Below are positions 19,001-41,714 of a stretch of DNA of 64,000 nt, piece by piece; within the stretch, counting starts at the first letter, position 1, and each line of letters opens with the position of its first letter. Under the pieces are notes generated by a model that did not search any database, was not told the origin of the DNA, and was given only the letters and a program-made list of their open reading frames with translations. The DNA lies in assembly GCA_002269645.1 (NCBI GenBank), contig NIVC01002837.1:1-64000 (forward strand), given 5' to 3'. A program made the position numbers and the translations under genes. Origin of the DNA: Macrostomum lignano (lineage: Eukaryota).

Positions 19001-19802
19001 CACCAAGGAGAGTATTTCTTCCTGCAAAACAGCTTAGGGGCGTTAGCGCGTATGGCGGTGTTTAGGATCTCAACGAGGGAGTTGCACCGATGCTCAATGC
19101 CAGGGAGATCCTCGCTGGAGTCCGGTAAGTTGGCTTCGGTCAGGAGTTTTAGCAGGTCTCTTCGAAAACCTGTCCAGTCGGCCTTTTTCAAATTAAGGCG
19201 GTCCCGGTTCTCATGACGGGCTCCGACGGAGCTGATGCTGTACTGAATGTACGAGTGGTCGGAAAGCGATGGGAGGTCATCCCTAACCAGCCAGCTGTGG
19301 ACCTGATTGAGGGCGTTGTTGGAGACGAGAGTGAGGTCGATAACCTCACGCCGATTAGAGACAATAAATGTGGGTTTGCTGCCTCTGTTGCAAATGTGTA
19401 ACGAGGAGGAGTTAATGAAATCAATTAGTAAGTCACCGCGCCTGTTAGTATCGCTACTAGACCAGGCAGTGTTGTGGGCGTTAGCATCGCAGCTAACGAT
19501 AAGCTTCCGATCCTGGAGATTACAGAAGTCCGCCAGCTCCTGCAGGAGGGGGGGAGGGACGTCCTCCTGAATGTCCAGGTAAGCGGAAACGAAGGTCAAG
19601 TCAAAGACTGAGAAAGTACACATGTCTTTAGAGCAAAACATTGGCATAATAGTGGCCGGGAGGTCGTTTTTGACGAGGGCGATAGCTCTGGGGGTGTCGT
19701 TCGCGCAGAGGTACAGAACCTGATAGCCTGGCGGCAGGCAGGTCGGCTTCCCCTTGCGGGTATACGGTTCCTGAATAAGGTAGATGTCAACTTCCTTGTT
19801 GG
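16092..19802 (-). mobile_element. 5'-truncated non-LTR retrotransposon, LOA/Lian-like, APE-RT-RNase H
   Basis: Flanked by an 8-bp direct repeat CAAACCTA (16084-16091 and 19803-19810). The element strand ends in GTAGTAAGTAAGTAAG. It begins inside the APE domain ([12 protein letters not shown]), so ORF1 is missing. The linker [21 protein letters not shown] resembles LOA-clade ORF2. Confidence 0.92.
16181..19802 (-). pseudogene. ORF2 (APE endonuclease, reverse transcriptase, RNase H, CCHC knuckle), 5'-truncated and split by one frameshift near 18610
   Basis: APE motifs IQEP, SAY, CDANAH, IDLTL, SDH (frame 18520-19802). RT motifs [33 protein letters not shown]. RNase H motifs FTDGS, AEICAI, TDSQA, PGH..GNELAD. 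Knuckle [18 protein letters not shown] (frame 16181-18622). Confidence 0.9.
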
Positions 19803-20604
19803 CAAACCTAGCTGTCCTGGAATGCAAGGCCCACAGCTTGTGGCTCAATATCTTTATTCTGAAATCGTGTTTCCTTTCAATTTTAAACCAAATGATCATA
19901 GCTCGTACAATGCATATGCGAATCGCGAATTGGTCTGTTGTTGTCAGCTAATCGACTACAGCTGTTTTTATCGTTTTACAGCTGCACTTAGTTGGAGCAA
20001 AACAGGCGAGCAGAAGTCGGAGAAAATAGCATGGATAGCCAACTATAGCCTGTGATATGATAAATCAAACAAACAGCACACAAAATATATACATGGTCCA
20101 GAGATTAAACCAAAAAAATTGATTGGAGGTAAAAAACCAAAATTAAAATGTTATATACTCAGAAAATTTAAATTTAGGATATGCTGCTATAGTCACAAAA
20201 CTTAAGCAAACCCGTGATATTATCTAACTAAATTATGAGTTAGCTTTCAAAACATTTTTAAATAAATGTTCTGGCCCTTGCGTCTAGAGATTCAATGGCA
20301 GTTTTAAATCTAGAATTTCCAGCTTGGCGTTTTAAATAAACGAGCTTAGCTTTGTGGTCGAGATTTGAATTCCTGGACGCAATTAAGCTTTCTAAGAAAC
20401 AGCGTCCCAATAAATGTGGTGGCTTGGCTTGCTCGGTGCCACGTGGCTCATGTTTTTTTAATGTCCTAATAATTAAAAGCAATCGCTAGGTCATATATAC
20501 GCTCTAATAGCCATTTAGATATTTAAAAACTATGGAGTGTGGCCATCGTGGTGTGTGGCCATCGTTGTCACGCACCCACTGGTGCAGCTAGAGAGTAAAA
20601 ATAA

Positions 20605-30331
<9,727 letters not shown>

Positions 30332-30349
30332 GACTGCGGATGCTTCTCT

Positions 30350-31020
30350 TGTGGGTTGTGGCTGAGTGCGTGCGGATTGTGGCTGAGTGAGTTTGGATTG
30401 TAGCTGCGTGCGTGCGGGTTGTGGCTGAGTGAGTGCGGATTGTGGCTGAGTGAGTTTGGATTGTGGCTGAGTGTGTGCGGATCGTGGCTGAGTGCGTGCG
30501 GATTGTGGCTGAGTGAGTTTGGATTGTGGCTGAGTGAGTGCGGATTGTGGCTGAGTGAGGTCGGATTGTGGCTGAGTGTGTGCGGATTGTGGCTGAGTGA
30601 GTGCGGATTGTGGCTGAGTGCATGTGGATTGTGGCTGAGTGCATGCGGATTGTGGCTGAGTGAGTGCGGATTGTGGCTGAGTGAGTGCGGATTGTGGCTA
30701 AGTGCGTGCGGATTGTGGCTGAGTGCGTGCGGATTGTGGCTGAGTGCATGCGGATTGTGGCTGAGTGAGTGCGGATTGTGGCTGAGTGAGTGCGGATTGT
30801 GGCTGAGTGAGTTTAGATTGTGGCTGAGTGAGTGCGGATTGTGGCTGAGTGAGTGCGGATTGTGGCTGAGTGCGTGCGGATTGTGGCTGAGTGAGTGCGG
30901 ATTGTGGCTGAGTGAGTGCGGATTGTGGCTGAGTGAGTGCGGATTGTGGCTGAGTGAGTGCGGATTGTGGCTGAGTGAGTGCGGATTGTGGCTGAGTGAG
31001 TGCGGATTGTGGCTGAGTTT
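30350..31020. repeat. Minisatellite, 21-bp unit (GAGTGAGTGCGGATTGTGGCT), just 3' of the ERCC8 stop
   Basis: About 32 copies. Confidence 0.95.
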
Positions 31021-31489
31021 TCGTCAGCAACATATCACTTGCTCTATTTGGCAACCCCATTATCTAATAAGTATTTTTGGCATTTAGAAAATCAATGTAT
31101 GCTATGTTAGTGTAAATATTTTGTACATTATTAATGTCTGATTTTTTAAATAAACTGAGCTGGAGCCCGCTGCCGATGGTCCCTATTCGAATTTTGTGTC
31201 AACAGAAAAAAGATTCAGAACTTGAAAACTCCTTAAAACTGATTATCAGCTCTTTTCAATCGAATGTGTTGCCGAGTGCTGTCCTCCTCTAAAGCTTCTC
31301 ATTAGCGGAATTGCCTGTGCTCAACCCACACTGCTTGCGTTATTACAGAGGGGAAGTGCTCTAATTGCTAGGCATGAGGCGTTGCTTCCTAATTCCTACT
31401 TTGCAGTCAGCGCCCTGGAGTCAAGGTGCCGGGTTAATTGAAGCTTGTGTGCATCTTCTTCATTTAGGGCTGTTAGTGCCACGCCCAGG

Positions 31490-32040
31490 AATTCAGGCAT
31501 CGGGTTCTGCTCCACTGACACAATTCAAGCATCGGGTTCTGCTCCACTGACACAACTCAAGCATCGGGTTCTGCTCCACTGACACAACTCAAGCATCGGG
31601 TTCTGCTCCACTGACACAACTCAAGCATCGGGTTCTGCTCCACTGACACAACTCAAGCATCGGGTTCTGCTCCACTGACACAATTCAAGCATCGGGTTCT
31701 GCTCCACTGACACAACTCAAGCATTGGGTTCTGCTCCACTGACACAACTCAAGCATCGGGTTCTGCTCCACTGACACAATTCAAGCATTGGGTTCTGCTC
31801 CACTGACACAATTCAAGCATTGGGTTCTGCTCCACTGACACAACTCAAGCATCGGGTTCTGCTCCACTGACACAACTCAAGCATCGGGTTCTGCTCCACT
31901 GACACAACTCAAGCATCGGGTTCTGCTCCACTGACACAACTCAAGCATCGGGTTCTGCTCCACTGACACAATTCAAGCATTGGGTTCTGCTCCACTGACA
32001 CAATTCAAGCATTGGGTTCTGCTCCACTGACACAATTCAA
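31490..32040. repeat. Minisatellite, 32-bp unit (CAAGCATCGGGTTCTGCTCCACTGACACAACT)
   Basis: About 17 copies. Confidence 0.95.
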
Positions 32041-33606
32041 AAGATAGACATGGATTGATAAAACTATCAGAGGATTTAAAATGCACAACTTCTCTCAGCT
32101 GACAATCTTCTCAGGCGTTGAATCTCCATTAAGCTTATTAAAAGCAGAGCTGATGCAGATGGTGCCAGTGCAACCGCTCCATCCATGCCCCTCAAAATTA
32201 ATGAGCTGCTAGTCTATCGTAAAATCTTCTCCGCCCGCCTGTTCTGTAATCACCAAGCGCTCATCAATCATCAAATTATTGTGGGCACGCCGAGAGGGTT
32301 CCAGGCCTTTGAACAATATTTGCCTTTATAGGCACCTCTTTTTTAGGGTGCAGGTGGTCCAGTATATTATCCAGTATATTAGGTCTTCTGTGCAATTTGG
32401 AAATCAGTAGATTATAAAGCTGGGTGACTTCAAGGGACAAAAGGTTGTGAGCTTGTTGGCCATGTGCAGTGTTAGCCACAGAGGTGTCTCGGTGCTTAGC
32501 AGCTTGTACTTCCACTTTCTCTGACCTCGCCGCGTCAGTCCTGGGTGACCGCTTACACTCTCTGAAGAAGCAATCCATGGGTCATTCCCGTGTTCATTCC
32601 CAAATTCTTATCTCCCAATCATTATTCCGTTTGATTATTCTGTCATGTAACACTTGCAGTACTGTATGTAGTGGGCTTCTACTTGCCTGCCGATAAAAAT
32701 CGATTAATGCACTGTTTAGGCTTACATGTAACTGTGCAGTGTACGAGATTCGCAAGCCACTTTTTTTATCGCACACAAACGCGCTAGATCGATTTCTCTG
32801 TTCTATTATGAAGTTTACCCTGCATCTCACCTGCATCTCTCTCCCTGCATCTCATACCCTCCCTTAGTTCTGTTCGCCTCTGCTTGTCAGCTTTTCCTTA
32901 AATTGAATTGCAATAAAAATCTTCAAGCAAGTGTATTCAGCCAATAGGTGAAAAAGGCCATATTAAACCGCACTCAACCAACTGCAAATTCTGGTTTAAC
33001 AGCTGAACTCTCGCAGACATTTGAATGCGCCTGCTTATTTATATAGGTACCTCACTGGCAGGTGTTTGTGTTGCTGCCCCCCCCCCCTAGCCACCACATG
33101 CAGCTCCCAAGTTCTTCCATGAGTCAACACAAAAAATGTGGGCTCAGGTTGCAGCCATGCTGGGCCAGCCGTGTTAAAAGTTTTCTTTTATAATCTCCGC
33201 ATAGGTGCCCCCATCCATCCAGTGAGCTCTCACTGTTTATATTGCCGGCTCGCTGCTCCAGGGGGTCTTCCAGCATGCCGCAGACTTGCACTTTCTGTCC
33301 GCCGCACTGTTGAGTGAGCACTTAAAGGGGCTCGGAGTTGAGATTAAAAATTGATGATTGATACGGTTGACAGCGGGTCTTGGGAATTCTGTGATAGTAT
33401 CTGAGACCCAGCCATTTTTCTTCCTGGGGACAATTCCTTCTAATTTTCTAGAATAAGTGAAAGAGTCTCTGCCCGCCGCCGCCAGTCCAATCCCGCCTCA
33501 GCCACTGTCTGTCCCCCCCTCTCCATCTCCTCCCCCGGTGAGTCTGCTCTTAAATAAGTCTGCGCAAGAGCCCGCCTGATGCGATCTTGCCTGTCAAGCG
33601 CTGACC

Positions 33607-34887
33607 ATGGCCGCCGACCCCTCCGATATCCGACGCGAGTTCCTCGACAGCCTGGCCGCCAGCTCTGGCGGCGGCAACCTCACCGGTCTGGCCAACAGCA
33701 GCACCGGCTACCTGAACCTCTCGGCCAGCAACAGTAGCTCGCCACAGAGCTCTTGGTGGGTGAGCAGCCTGCACTGGGTACAGGGCGGCCTCACCACTCT
33801 GGGTATGGCTGGCAACGCCCTGGTGATCCTCACGCTGCTCCGCCGGCGCTACAAATCCCAGTTCGCCACGGCCGTCTTCCTGCACCAGACTGTCATGGAC
33901 TTCATGGTCTGCGCCTTCACCCTGGTGTTGCTGGTGAAGCCCAGCCAGAATCCAACCTCTAGCCTGGGCTTCGGCTTCGCCCTGTGTCACGTGATCAACA
34001 GCCAGCTGCTGTATTGGTACTTCGTCTTCTCCAGCGTGCAGAATCTTGTCCTCATCGCTGTGGATCGCTACTTCGCCGTGTTCCGGCCAGTCAGGTACAA
34101 AACTCTCAGCTTCCGGAGCGCCGCTCTGCATCTGGTCGGCCTGCACTGCTACTCCTTTGCCGTCAACATCATCGACATCTTCTCTGTAGAGTTCGACAGG
34201 GACTCGAACCACTGCAGCTCGGAGATCACTCACCAGGTGTTTAAGAAAGTGTTTAAAGTCTACGGTTTCCTTTGGTTCTTCTTGGTGTACCTTCTGCCAG
34301 TGGCTGCCGTGGTCTGCCTGTACAGCGCCATCGTCTACCGGCTGAGCAACCAGGGCCTGCACAACAGCAGGTTCAGGCAGCGGGCCGCCACCGAGCTGAC
34401 GAAATCCGCCGTGATCATCACGGTGATCTTCATTGTGTGCTTCAGCTACGACTGCATCTACTACCTGCTCGGGCACCTGGACCTCGTGGAGTACATCTAC
34501 AGCTCGCCAACCCAGCTAATCGGCGTCGCCTTGGTGACCATCAACTCGTGCGCTAATCCGGTGGTTTATTGCATCATCATGCCATCGTTTCGCGAGCGAA
34601 TGCTGGCCGCCGTTTGCTCCTGCTGCCGGCTTGGCAAGCGCTGGCAGCTTCGGTGGGGCTGCCGCGGCTGCTGTGGTGACGTCACCGCTGATGCGGCAGA
34701 CGGCGAAGACGCCGACGGCGACGGCGAGGAGGACGGACGCATCGGCGGCGGTTGTCAGGAGCGCCGCGAGAACAGCAAAGACTCCGAGAGCTGTTGCGAT
34801 GGCAACAACGGCATAGCAACAGCTCTGGTCACGGTGACGGTCGCGACGAAATCGGCTGACTACTCACCAGATGAACTTGCCGCTTAG
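33607..34887 (+). CDS. Intronless class A (rhodopsin-like) GPCR, probably peptide-receptor-like orphan, 426 aa
   Basis: Seven hydrophobic segments; GN in TM1, D in TM2 (HQTVMDF), Cys at the top of TM3 and in ECL2, DRY, NPVVY; several N-terminal N-x-S/T sequons; Cys-rich C-terminal tail. Confidence 0.92.
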   Translation: MAADPSDIRREFLDSLAASSGGGNLTGLANSSTGYLNLSASNSSSPQSSWWVSSLHWVQGGLTTLGMAGNALVILTLLRRRYKSQFATAVFLHQTVMDFMVCAFTLVLLVKPSQNPTSSLGFGFALCHVINSQLLYWYFVFSSVQNLVLIAVDRYFAVFRPVRYKTLSFRSAALHLVGLHCYSFAVNIIDIFSVEFDRDSNHCSSEITHQVFKKVFKVYGFLWFFLVYLLPVAAVVCLYSAIVYRLSNQGLHNSRFRQRAATELTKSAVIITVIFIVCFSYDCIYYLLGHLDLVEYIYSSPTQLIGVALVTINSCANPVVYCIIMPSFRERMLAAVCSCCRLGKRWQLRWGCRGCCGDVTADAADGEDADGDGEEDGRIGGGCQERRENSKDSESCCDGNNGIATALVTVTVATKSADYSPDELAA

Positions 34888-35324
34888 CCTGCGGACACTT
34901 GTCTGCTTAGGAGAATAATAATTATCATAAATAATAAATGTCTACGCTTTGATTCTATCACTGCGCAATGCATGTTATCTTCACATCCGGCTCTTGTCCT
35001 CTTGGTTTTTAGTGCGAGCCGATTCGCTTAACAGCATGTACATGCACTAGTAGGCAGGAGTATCCGCACCCGGTAGATTTAATTTTCCATTTCGTTCTGC
35101 ATGTATCTCGTGACAGAAGGATCAACACGAACGCTTAAAACGTCTCACACCCAGATGTCCCAGTGTGACACCCCAAAATTTTAAAAACTTTGTCAAAGCA
35201 CAGTCGTTGCCGCTATTGTAACCAGCCTGGGTGAATGCACCCGTACAGCACAAGGGATTAATAAATGCGCCAGAATTATTTTTCAATTATAAACTGTCAA
35301 CGTTTTACTGCGTCATTTTGTCAC

Positions 35325-35738
35325 ATTGTCACACTGAATCACAGTGCAGTGTCACTGTCACACTGAATCACAGTGCAGTATCACTGTCACACTGAATCAC
35401 AGTGCAGCGTCACTGTCACACTGAATCACAGTGCAGTATCACTGTCACACTGAATCACAGTGCAGTATCACTGAATCACAGTGCAGTATCACTGAATCAC
35501 AGTGCAGTATCACTGTCACACTGAATCACAGTGCAGTATCACTGTCACACTGAATCACAGTGCAGCGTCACTGTCACACTGAATCACAGTGCAGTATCAC
35601 TGTCACACTGAATCACAGTGCAGTATCACTGAATCACAGTGCAGTATCACTGAATCACAGTGCAGCGTCACTGTCACACTGAATCACAGTGCAGTATCAC
35701 TGTCACACTGAATCACAGTGCAGTATCACTAAATCACA
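35325..35738. repeat. Minisatellite, ~29-bp unit (CACTGTCACACTGAATCACAGTGCAGTAT)
   Basis: Direct copies with shorter variants. Confidence 0.9.
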
Positions 35739-36379
35739 AGACAGCCGTAGATCCAATTTGTCAGAATTCCGAATTTAGAATTTCACATCGAGAAGAGGAA
35801 AAGTCATCTCTATATGAAGAGATTATGGAGAAATTTATCATAATTTGTCCCTTGCACGCGACATAGCCATGTTGTTTCTTCGAAAGACTGAAAGCCCTTC
35901 AACAACATCCGCGTGTGCGCCTTCGGATTGAAAACTAGCAATATTTCCCCACTTTATTTCTCGGGAAAATCCTATTTTAAAAAAACACACACAGCCTTTT
36001 CAGTGAGGCGATGAATAGAGGGGATTATAGGGGGATTTCGAGAATCAAAGAGTTGGGAAGGCAAAGTGTGTAGGCGAAGGTTTGAGCAGCTGAAGGCACA
36101 AAAAGATGCAAGGCGCGCTAAGGATGAGGAGCAGCTGCAGTCTGCAGCCAATTAGCTAAACTGAAATCCCAATGACTCTCGGATTTCCAGCAGCTTCGAG
36201 CGGCCTGCGTTTGATGCGACACCTGACTAATCCGCATCCGGTCAAATTCAGAATTCAAAGCAGAAAGCGGATTAAAAACACTACACTGGGATTTAATTAA
36301 TGTGAGTGCCGTGCTGGGATGCTGAAATTTACTGCTTTTCCCAGATCGTGAGCTTGTGGAATTCTTTTGCGATATCAGC

Positions 36380-36742
36380 GTCTCTATTTGACATTATTTG
36401 TGTCACTCTGACATCTCAGCATCTCTGTTTGACATTTGTGTCACTCTGACATCTCAGCGTCTCTGTTTGACATTATTTGTGTCACTCTGACATCTCAGCG
36501 TCGTCTCTGTTTGACATTATTTGTGTCACTCTGACTTCTCAGCGTCTCTGTTTGACATTATTTGTGTCACTCTGACATCTCAGTGTCACATTTTGACATT
36601 ATTTGTGTCACTCTGACATCTCAGTGTCACATTTTGACATTATTTGTGTCACTCCGACATCTCAGTGTCACTTTTTGACATTATTTGTGTCACTCTGACA
36701 TCTCAGTGTCACTCCGACATCTCAGGGTCACTCTTTGGCATC
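36380..36742. repeat. Minisatellite, ~40-bp unit (TTTGACATTATTTGTGTCACTCTGACATCTCAG...)
   Basis: About 9 degenerate copies. Confidence 0.85.
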
Positions 36743-37204
36743 TCGGGGTGACGCATCATTCTGGTTAACTTGTCCCTTGTCTAAGTATTCACTACCCTAG
36801 CCTCCATCAATTTCTTCAATGACTCGAGTAACAGAACATTCAGCAGATTGAGTTTAAAGGCACTCCAGCACTCACCCGTAACTGATTGCTAAGAGCCAGA
36901 TTAATTTTTGAGCCATCGAATATCTCTTGAGCTTAAAAGCTCAGCTGAAGCTTTGGCAGTAGGTACTGTTCAGACACTCGCTATCCTGAATATCTTTGAT
37001 TAAAATTAATGCATGTACATGTCATGTCTTTGCTTCTCATTTTGCCTGACTAATCCAAAAGATGCTGTCTCATCATTAGCCGTCTGAAATGTCTAAATAT
37101 GGAAATGCTGCATGGGCTGTTGCGAAGGTGGGTTGGAGATTAATGCAGCAATGAAATATAATGCGGTAATGACCTGGGATTGAGTTTGATGAGTGCAGGT
37201 GTCA

Positions 37205-38132
37205 AATGCAGGAGTGAGGAGAGTCAGATGAAGGAGTGAGGAGAGTCAGATGCAGGAGTGAGGAGAGTCAGATGAAGGAGTGAGGGAGAGTCAGATGCAG
37301 GAGTGAGGAGAGTCAGATGCAGGAGTGAGGAGAGTCAGATGCAGGAGTGAGGAGAGTCAGATGCAGGAGTGAGGAGAGTCAGATGCAGGAGTGAGGAGAG
37401 TCAGATGCAGGAGTGAGGAGAGTCAGATGCAGGAGTGAGGAGAATCAGATGCAGGAGTGAGGAGAGTCAGATGAAGGAGTGAGGAGAATCAGATTCAGGA
37501 GTGAGGAGAATCAGATGCAGGAGTGAGGAGAGTCAGATGCAGGAGTGAGGAGAGTCAGATGCAGGAGTGAGGAGAGTCAGATGCAGGAGTGAGGTAGAGT
37601 CAGATGCAGGAGTGAGGAGAGTCAGATGCAGGAGTGAGGAGAATCAGATTCAGGAGTGAGGAGAATCAGATTCAGGAGTGAGGAGAATCAGATTCAGGAG
37701 TGAGGAGAATCAGATGCAGGAGTGAGGAGAATCAGATTCAGGAGTGAGGAGAATCAGATGCAGGAGTGAGGTAGAGTCAGATGCAGGAGTGAGGAGAGTC
37801 AGATGCAGGAGTGAGGAGAGTCAGATGCAGGAGTGAGGAGAGTCAGATGCAGGAGTGAGGAGAATCAGATTCAGGAGTGAGGAGAATCAGATGCAGGAGT
37901 GAGGAGAATCAGATTCAGGAGTGAGGAGAATTAGATTCAGGAGTGAGGAGAGTCAGATGCAGGAGTGAGGTAGAGTCAGATGCAGGAGTGAGGAGAGTCA
38001 GATGCAGGAGTGAGGAGAGTCAGATGCAGGAGTGAGGTAGAGTCAGATGCAGGAGTGAGGAGAGTCAGATGCAGGAGTGAGGAGAGTCAGATGCAGGAGT
38101 GAGGTAGAATCAGATGCAGGAGAGAGGTAGAG
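37205..38132. repeat. Minisatellite, 22-bp unit (GATGCAGGAGTGAGGAGAGTCA)
   Basis: About 40 copies. Confidence 0.95.
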
Positions 38133-38548
38133 AGTCAGGCATATTTGACCTTCTTTGTACTTCAATATCGGACATTCATTTTAAGCGATCGGCAAAGAAT
38201 TGCTGGCATACTTTGCAGGAAAAAGGCCAAGCTCTGCAATCGGTCGTTTTACAATAAAATTCACTCGCTTGGTTTGATGCCGCACCCCCCCCCCCGGTCT
38301 TTTCCGCTCCCTGCATCGATTCGGGAGATGCTGGGCTGCATCGCTTTCTGCTGCTGGGCTTTTAGCGTGGAAGCCAAGCAGGCTCTGGTTTGCTTTTAGC
38401 CTCTCCGGAGTCACTGCTCGACAATTGATTCTTGACTGGGGCGGCTCCCAAAGGCCGCCGCATGATCACCTGCGCTGCTCCGAGTGAATCGATTCTCCAG
38501 AAATACTGGTGGCAGGTGTGGCAGATGTGATGGATTGTCTATTCGGTG

Positions 38549-38920
<372 letters not shown>

Positions 38921-39289
38921 CAACATATCCCGACAGTTGAAAATATTTTCCACCAGCTGTCAATCTCACAAAAGTACACGGTCAAGTCAAAAGTCAGCGC
39001 CATCATAGGCGGTTGCAACCGCCTCCTTAATACCCCTACTTTGTTTTGGAAATATTTTTTTCCGAATTGAGCAGAGCTTGGCGGATTATCATCGCCTCGG
39101 ACTGAAAGTCAACGAATGATCTCAAATCTCTCTTTAATCCTCGACAGTCCTCACACCTGTTGAGATTCGCGCAGGCGGTGACAGGCGGTTTCATTCAGTT
39201 TGCATTTTCTATCTCAGGCTGTGAGGCTTGCTTGATTATTACTTATTTTCCTCCCATTTTCATCCCAATATCTCTGAACCGGAGGTGGA

Positions 39290-40075
39290 ATGAAGAATGT
39301 GAAACATGGGAATGTGAAACATGGGGAATGTGAAACATGGGGAATGTGAAGCATGGGGAATGTGAAACATGGGGAATGTGAAGCATGGGGAATGTGAAGC
39401 ATGGGGAATGTGAAGCCTGGGAATGTGAAGCATGGAGAATGTGAAACATGGGGAATGTGAAGCATGGAGAATGTGAAGCATGGGGAATGTGAAACATGGG
39501 GAATGTGAAGCATGGGGAATGTGAAGCATGGAGAATGTGAAACATGGGGAATGTGAAGCATAGGGAATGGGAAATATGCGGAATGTGAAACACGGGGAAT
39601 GTGAAACATAGGGAATGGGAAATATGCGGAATGTGAAACACGGGGAATGTGAAACATAGGGAATGGGAAATATGCGGAATGTGAAACACGGGGAATGTGA
39701 AACATAGGGAATGGGAAATATGCGGAATGTGAAACACGGGGAATGTGAAACATAGGGAATGGGAAATATGCGGAATGTGAAACACGGGGAATGTGAAACA
39801 TAGGGAATGGGAAATATGCGGAATGTGAAACACGGGGAATGTGAAACATAGGGAATGGGAAATATGCGGAATGTGAAACACGGGGAATGTGAAACATAGG
39901 AAATGGGAAATATGCGGAATGTGAAACACGGGGAATGTGAAACATAGGGAATGGGAAATATGCGGAATGTGAAACACGGGGAATGTGAAACATAGGGAAT
40001 GGGAAATATGCGGAATGTGAAACACGGGGAATGTGAAACATAGGGAATGGGAAATATGCGGAATGTGAAACACGT
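39290..40075. repeat. 16-bp monomer array (GGGAATGTGAAACATG-like) converting to a 48-bp higher-order unit
   Basis: Monomers at ~39290-39550, then about 11 near-identical 48-mers to ~40075. Confidence 0.92.
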
Positions 40076-40579
40076 GATCCAGTAAGATGTGATCAACAGA
40101 AAATGTTTTCGCGCGCTTCAAAACTGGATCTAACCGGAACCTGAGAACAGACTCGGAGTTCCCACCTTCTAAAAGCCATTTGGGATAAATTTTAATTGAG
40201 ATTGCGTGAATGAACTGCTAAATCAAAGGAAAATCTTGTAAGCATGGTGGGAGCGGAGCAGCTTGCTTGACTGTAGCAAAATCCGAAGTCACGAAGAGGA
40301 AGCTGAGCATTTCCTGAGTTTGAGCAGGTGTCTGAATTAAGCTGGACATTGCAAAGATGCTGCATTTAGCCGATATGTAAACTCATTTTTCTAAATTAGT
40401 AATTAACTAAAGCTGACCATGTAGATATTTGATCATCATGCAAGGAGTCTGGCAGTGACGCAGTGATAGGAAAACAGGCTGTTTTAAATTGAGATCCACG
40501 ACTCTATAAGTGAATTTCAATGCCATGAGGGAGAATGATGGATGGTAAATGAGGAAAATTATAGAATAAAAGAGCAGGA

Positions 40580-41030
40580 GAAGGAGCGGGGGAGGGGAGA
40601 AGAGAGGAGGAAGGGTAGAAAGTGGAGAGGGAGGGATAGATAGGGGAGAGGGAAGGGTAGAGGGGAGAGAGAAGGGTAGAGAGTGGAGAGGGAAGGGTAG
40701 AGAATGGAAAGGGAAGGGTAGAGAGGGTAGGGAAGGGTAGAGAGGGGAGAGGGTAAGGTAGGGAAATAGAGGGAAGGGTAGAGAGGGTAGGGAAGGGTAG
40801 AGGGGAGAGGGAAGGGTAGAGGGGAGAGGGAAGGGTAGAGGGGAGAGGGAAGGGTAGAGGGGAGAGGGAAGGGTAGAGGGGGGAGGGAAGGGTAGAGGGG
40901 GAGAGGGAAGGGTAGAGGGGGGAGGGAAGGGTAGAGGGGGGAGGGAAGGGTAGAGGGGGGGAGGGAAGGGTAGAGGGGGAGAGGGAAGGGTAGAGGGGGA
41001 GAGGGAAGGGAAGAGAGAAGAGTGGAGAGA
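40580..41030. repeat. GA-rich repeat (GGGAAGGGTAGAGGGGAGA-like)
   Basis: Purine-rich tract. Confidence 0.9.
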
Positions 41031-41714
41031 AGAGCTTGTTAAAGTAGAGGCCGCTGAAAGAGAAGCATGGATTTGAATACAGGAACAACATACCGCTAAA
41101 AACAGCTGGGAAACCCACTGATGCAGTGCATTTGATGCTGGAAAAGAAATCTCGCATAGCAAATAGCATTGCAGCATTACACAGGTAGCGCTGAGCGCTG
41201 TTCGATAAGCCACCTTTAAAGCAGTGTGCTATGCTGAAATGAGATGGGAGATGGGAGAATATTGGTTCATTTAACCAAGAAATCCTGCCTAACTGCAACC
41301 GCAATTATGGGATCAGGTGCAAATTAGCCTTCAGATTAAGAAGGAGAAATGCTCCAGATTATAGAGAACTTCAAAGATTCTCCATCTTATGAGTTTGACT
41401 GACGGCTGCATCAAGTCTGACAATTTTTCCTATCAGGCTGCTCAAGTTTTTTTCACAGTGTCTGAAGTGAGTGATCGAGACTGAACTACCTGCTGAGTGC
41501 TTAGAACTTCCGACAAATTAATGGTTTCTATAACCCCCCCTGCCTTAAATTTCTTTGTATTAAATTATATAGTTTCATTTAGATTATACTGTTGCCCTTT
41601 GCTAACTAAAATTCGCCCGTTTCTTGCATTTGCGAAGAAAAGCTCAAACTACTCTACTGTTTACTAGTAGAAAGTCTGGGTGATTCATTTTGTACACAAA
41701 AAAGTTTTGATGCT

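Noticed and set aside
19803-19899. N-terminal extension [10 protein letters not shown].. of the APE ORF
   Set aside because: It lies outside the TSD; it is flanking DNA that happens to be in frame.
33550-34476. 308-aa antisense ORF over the GPCR, and similar shadow ORFs over the toxin-like genes and the RT
   Set aside because: Expected by-product of GC3-rich codon usage on the coding strand; no independent motifs.
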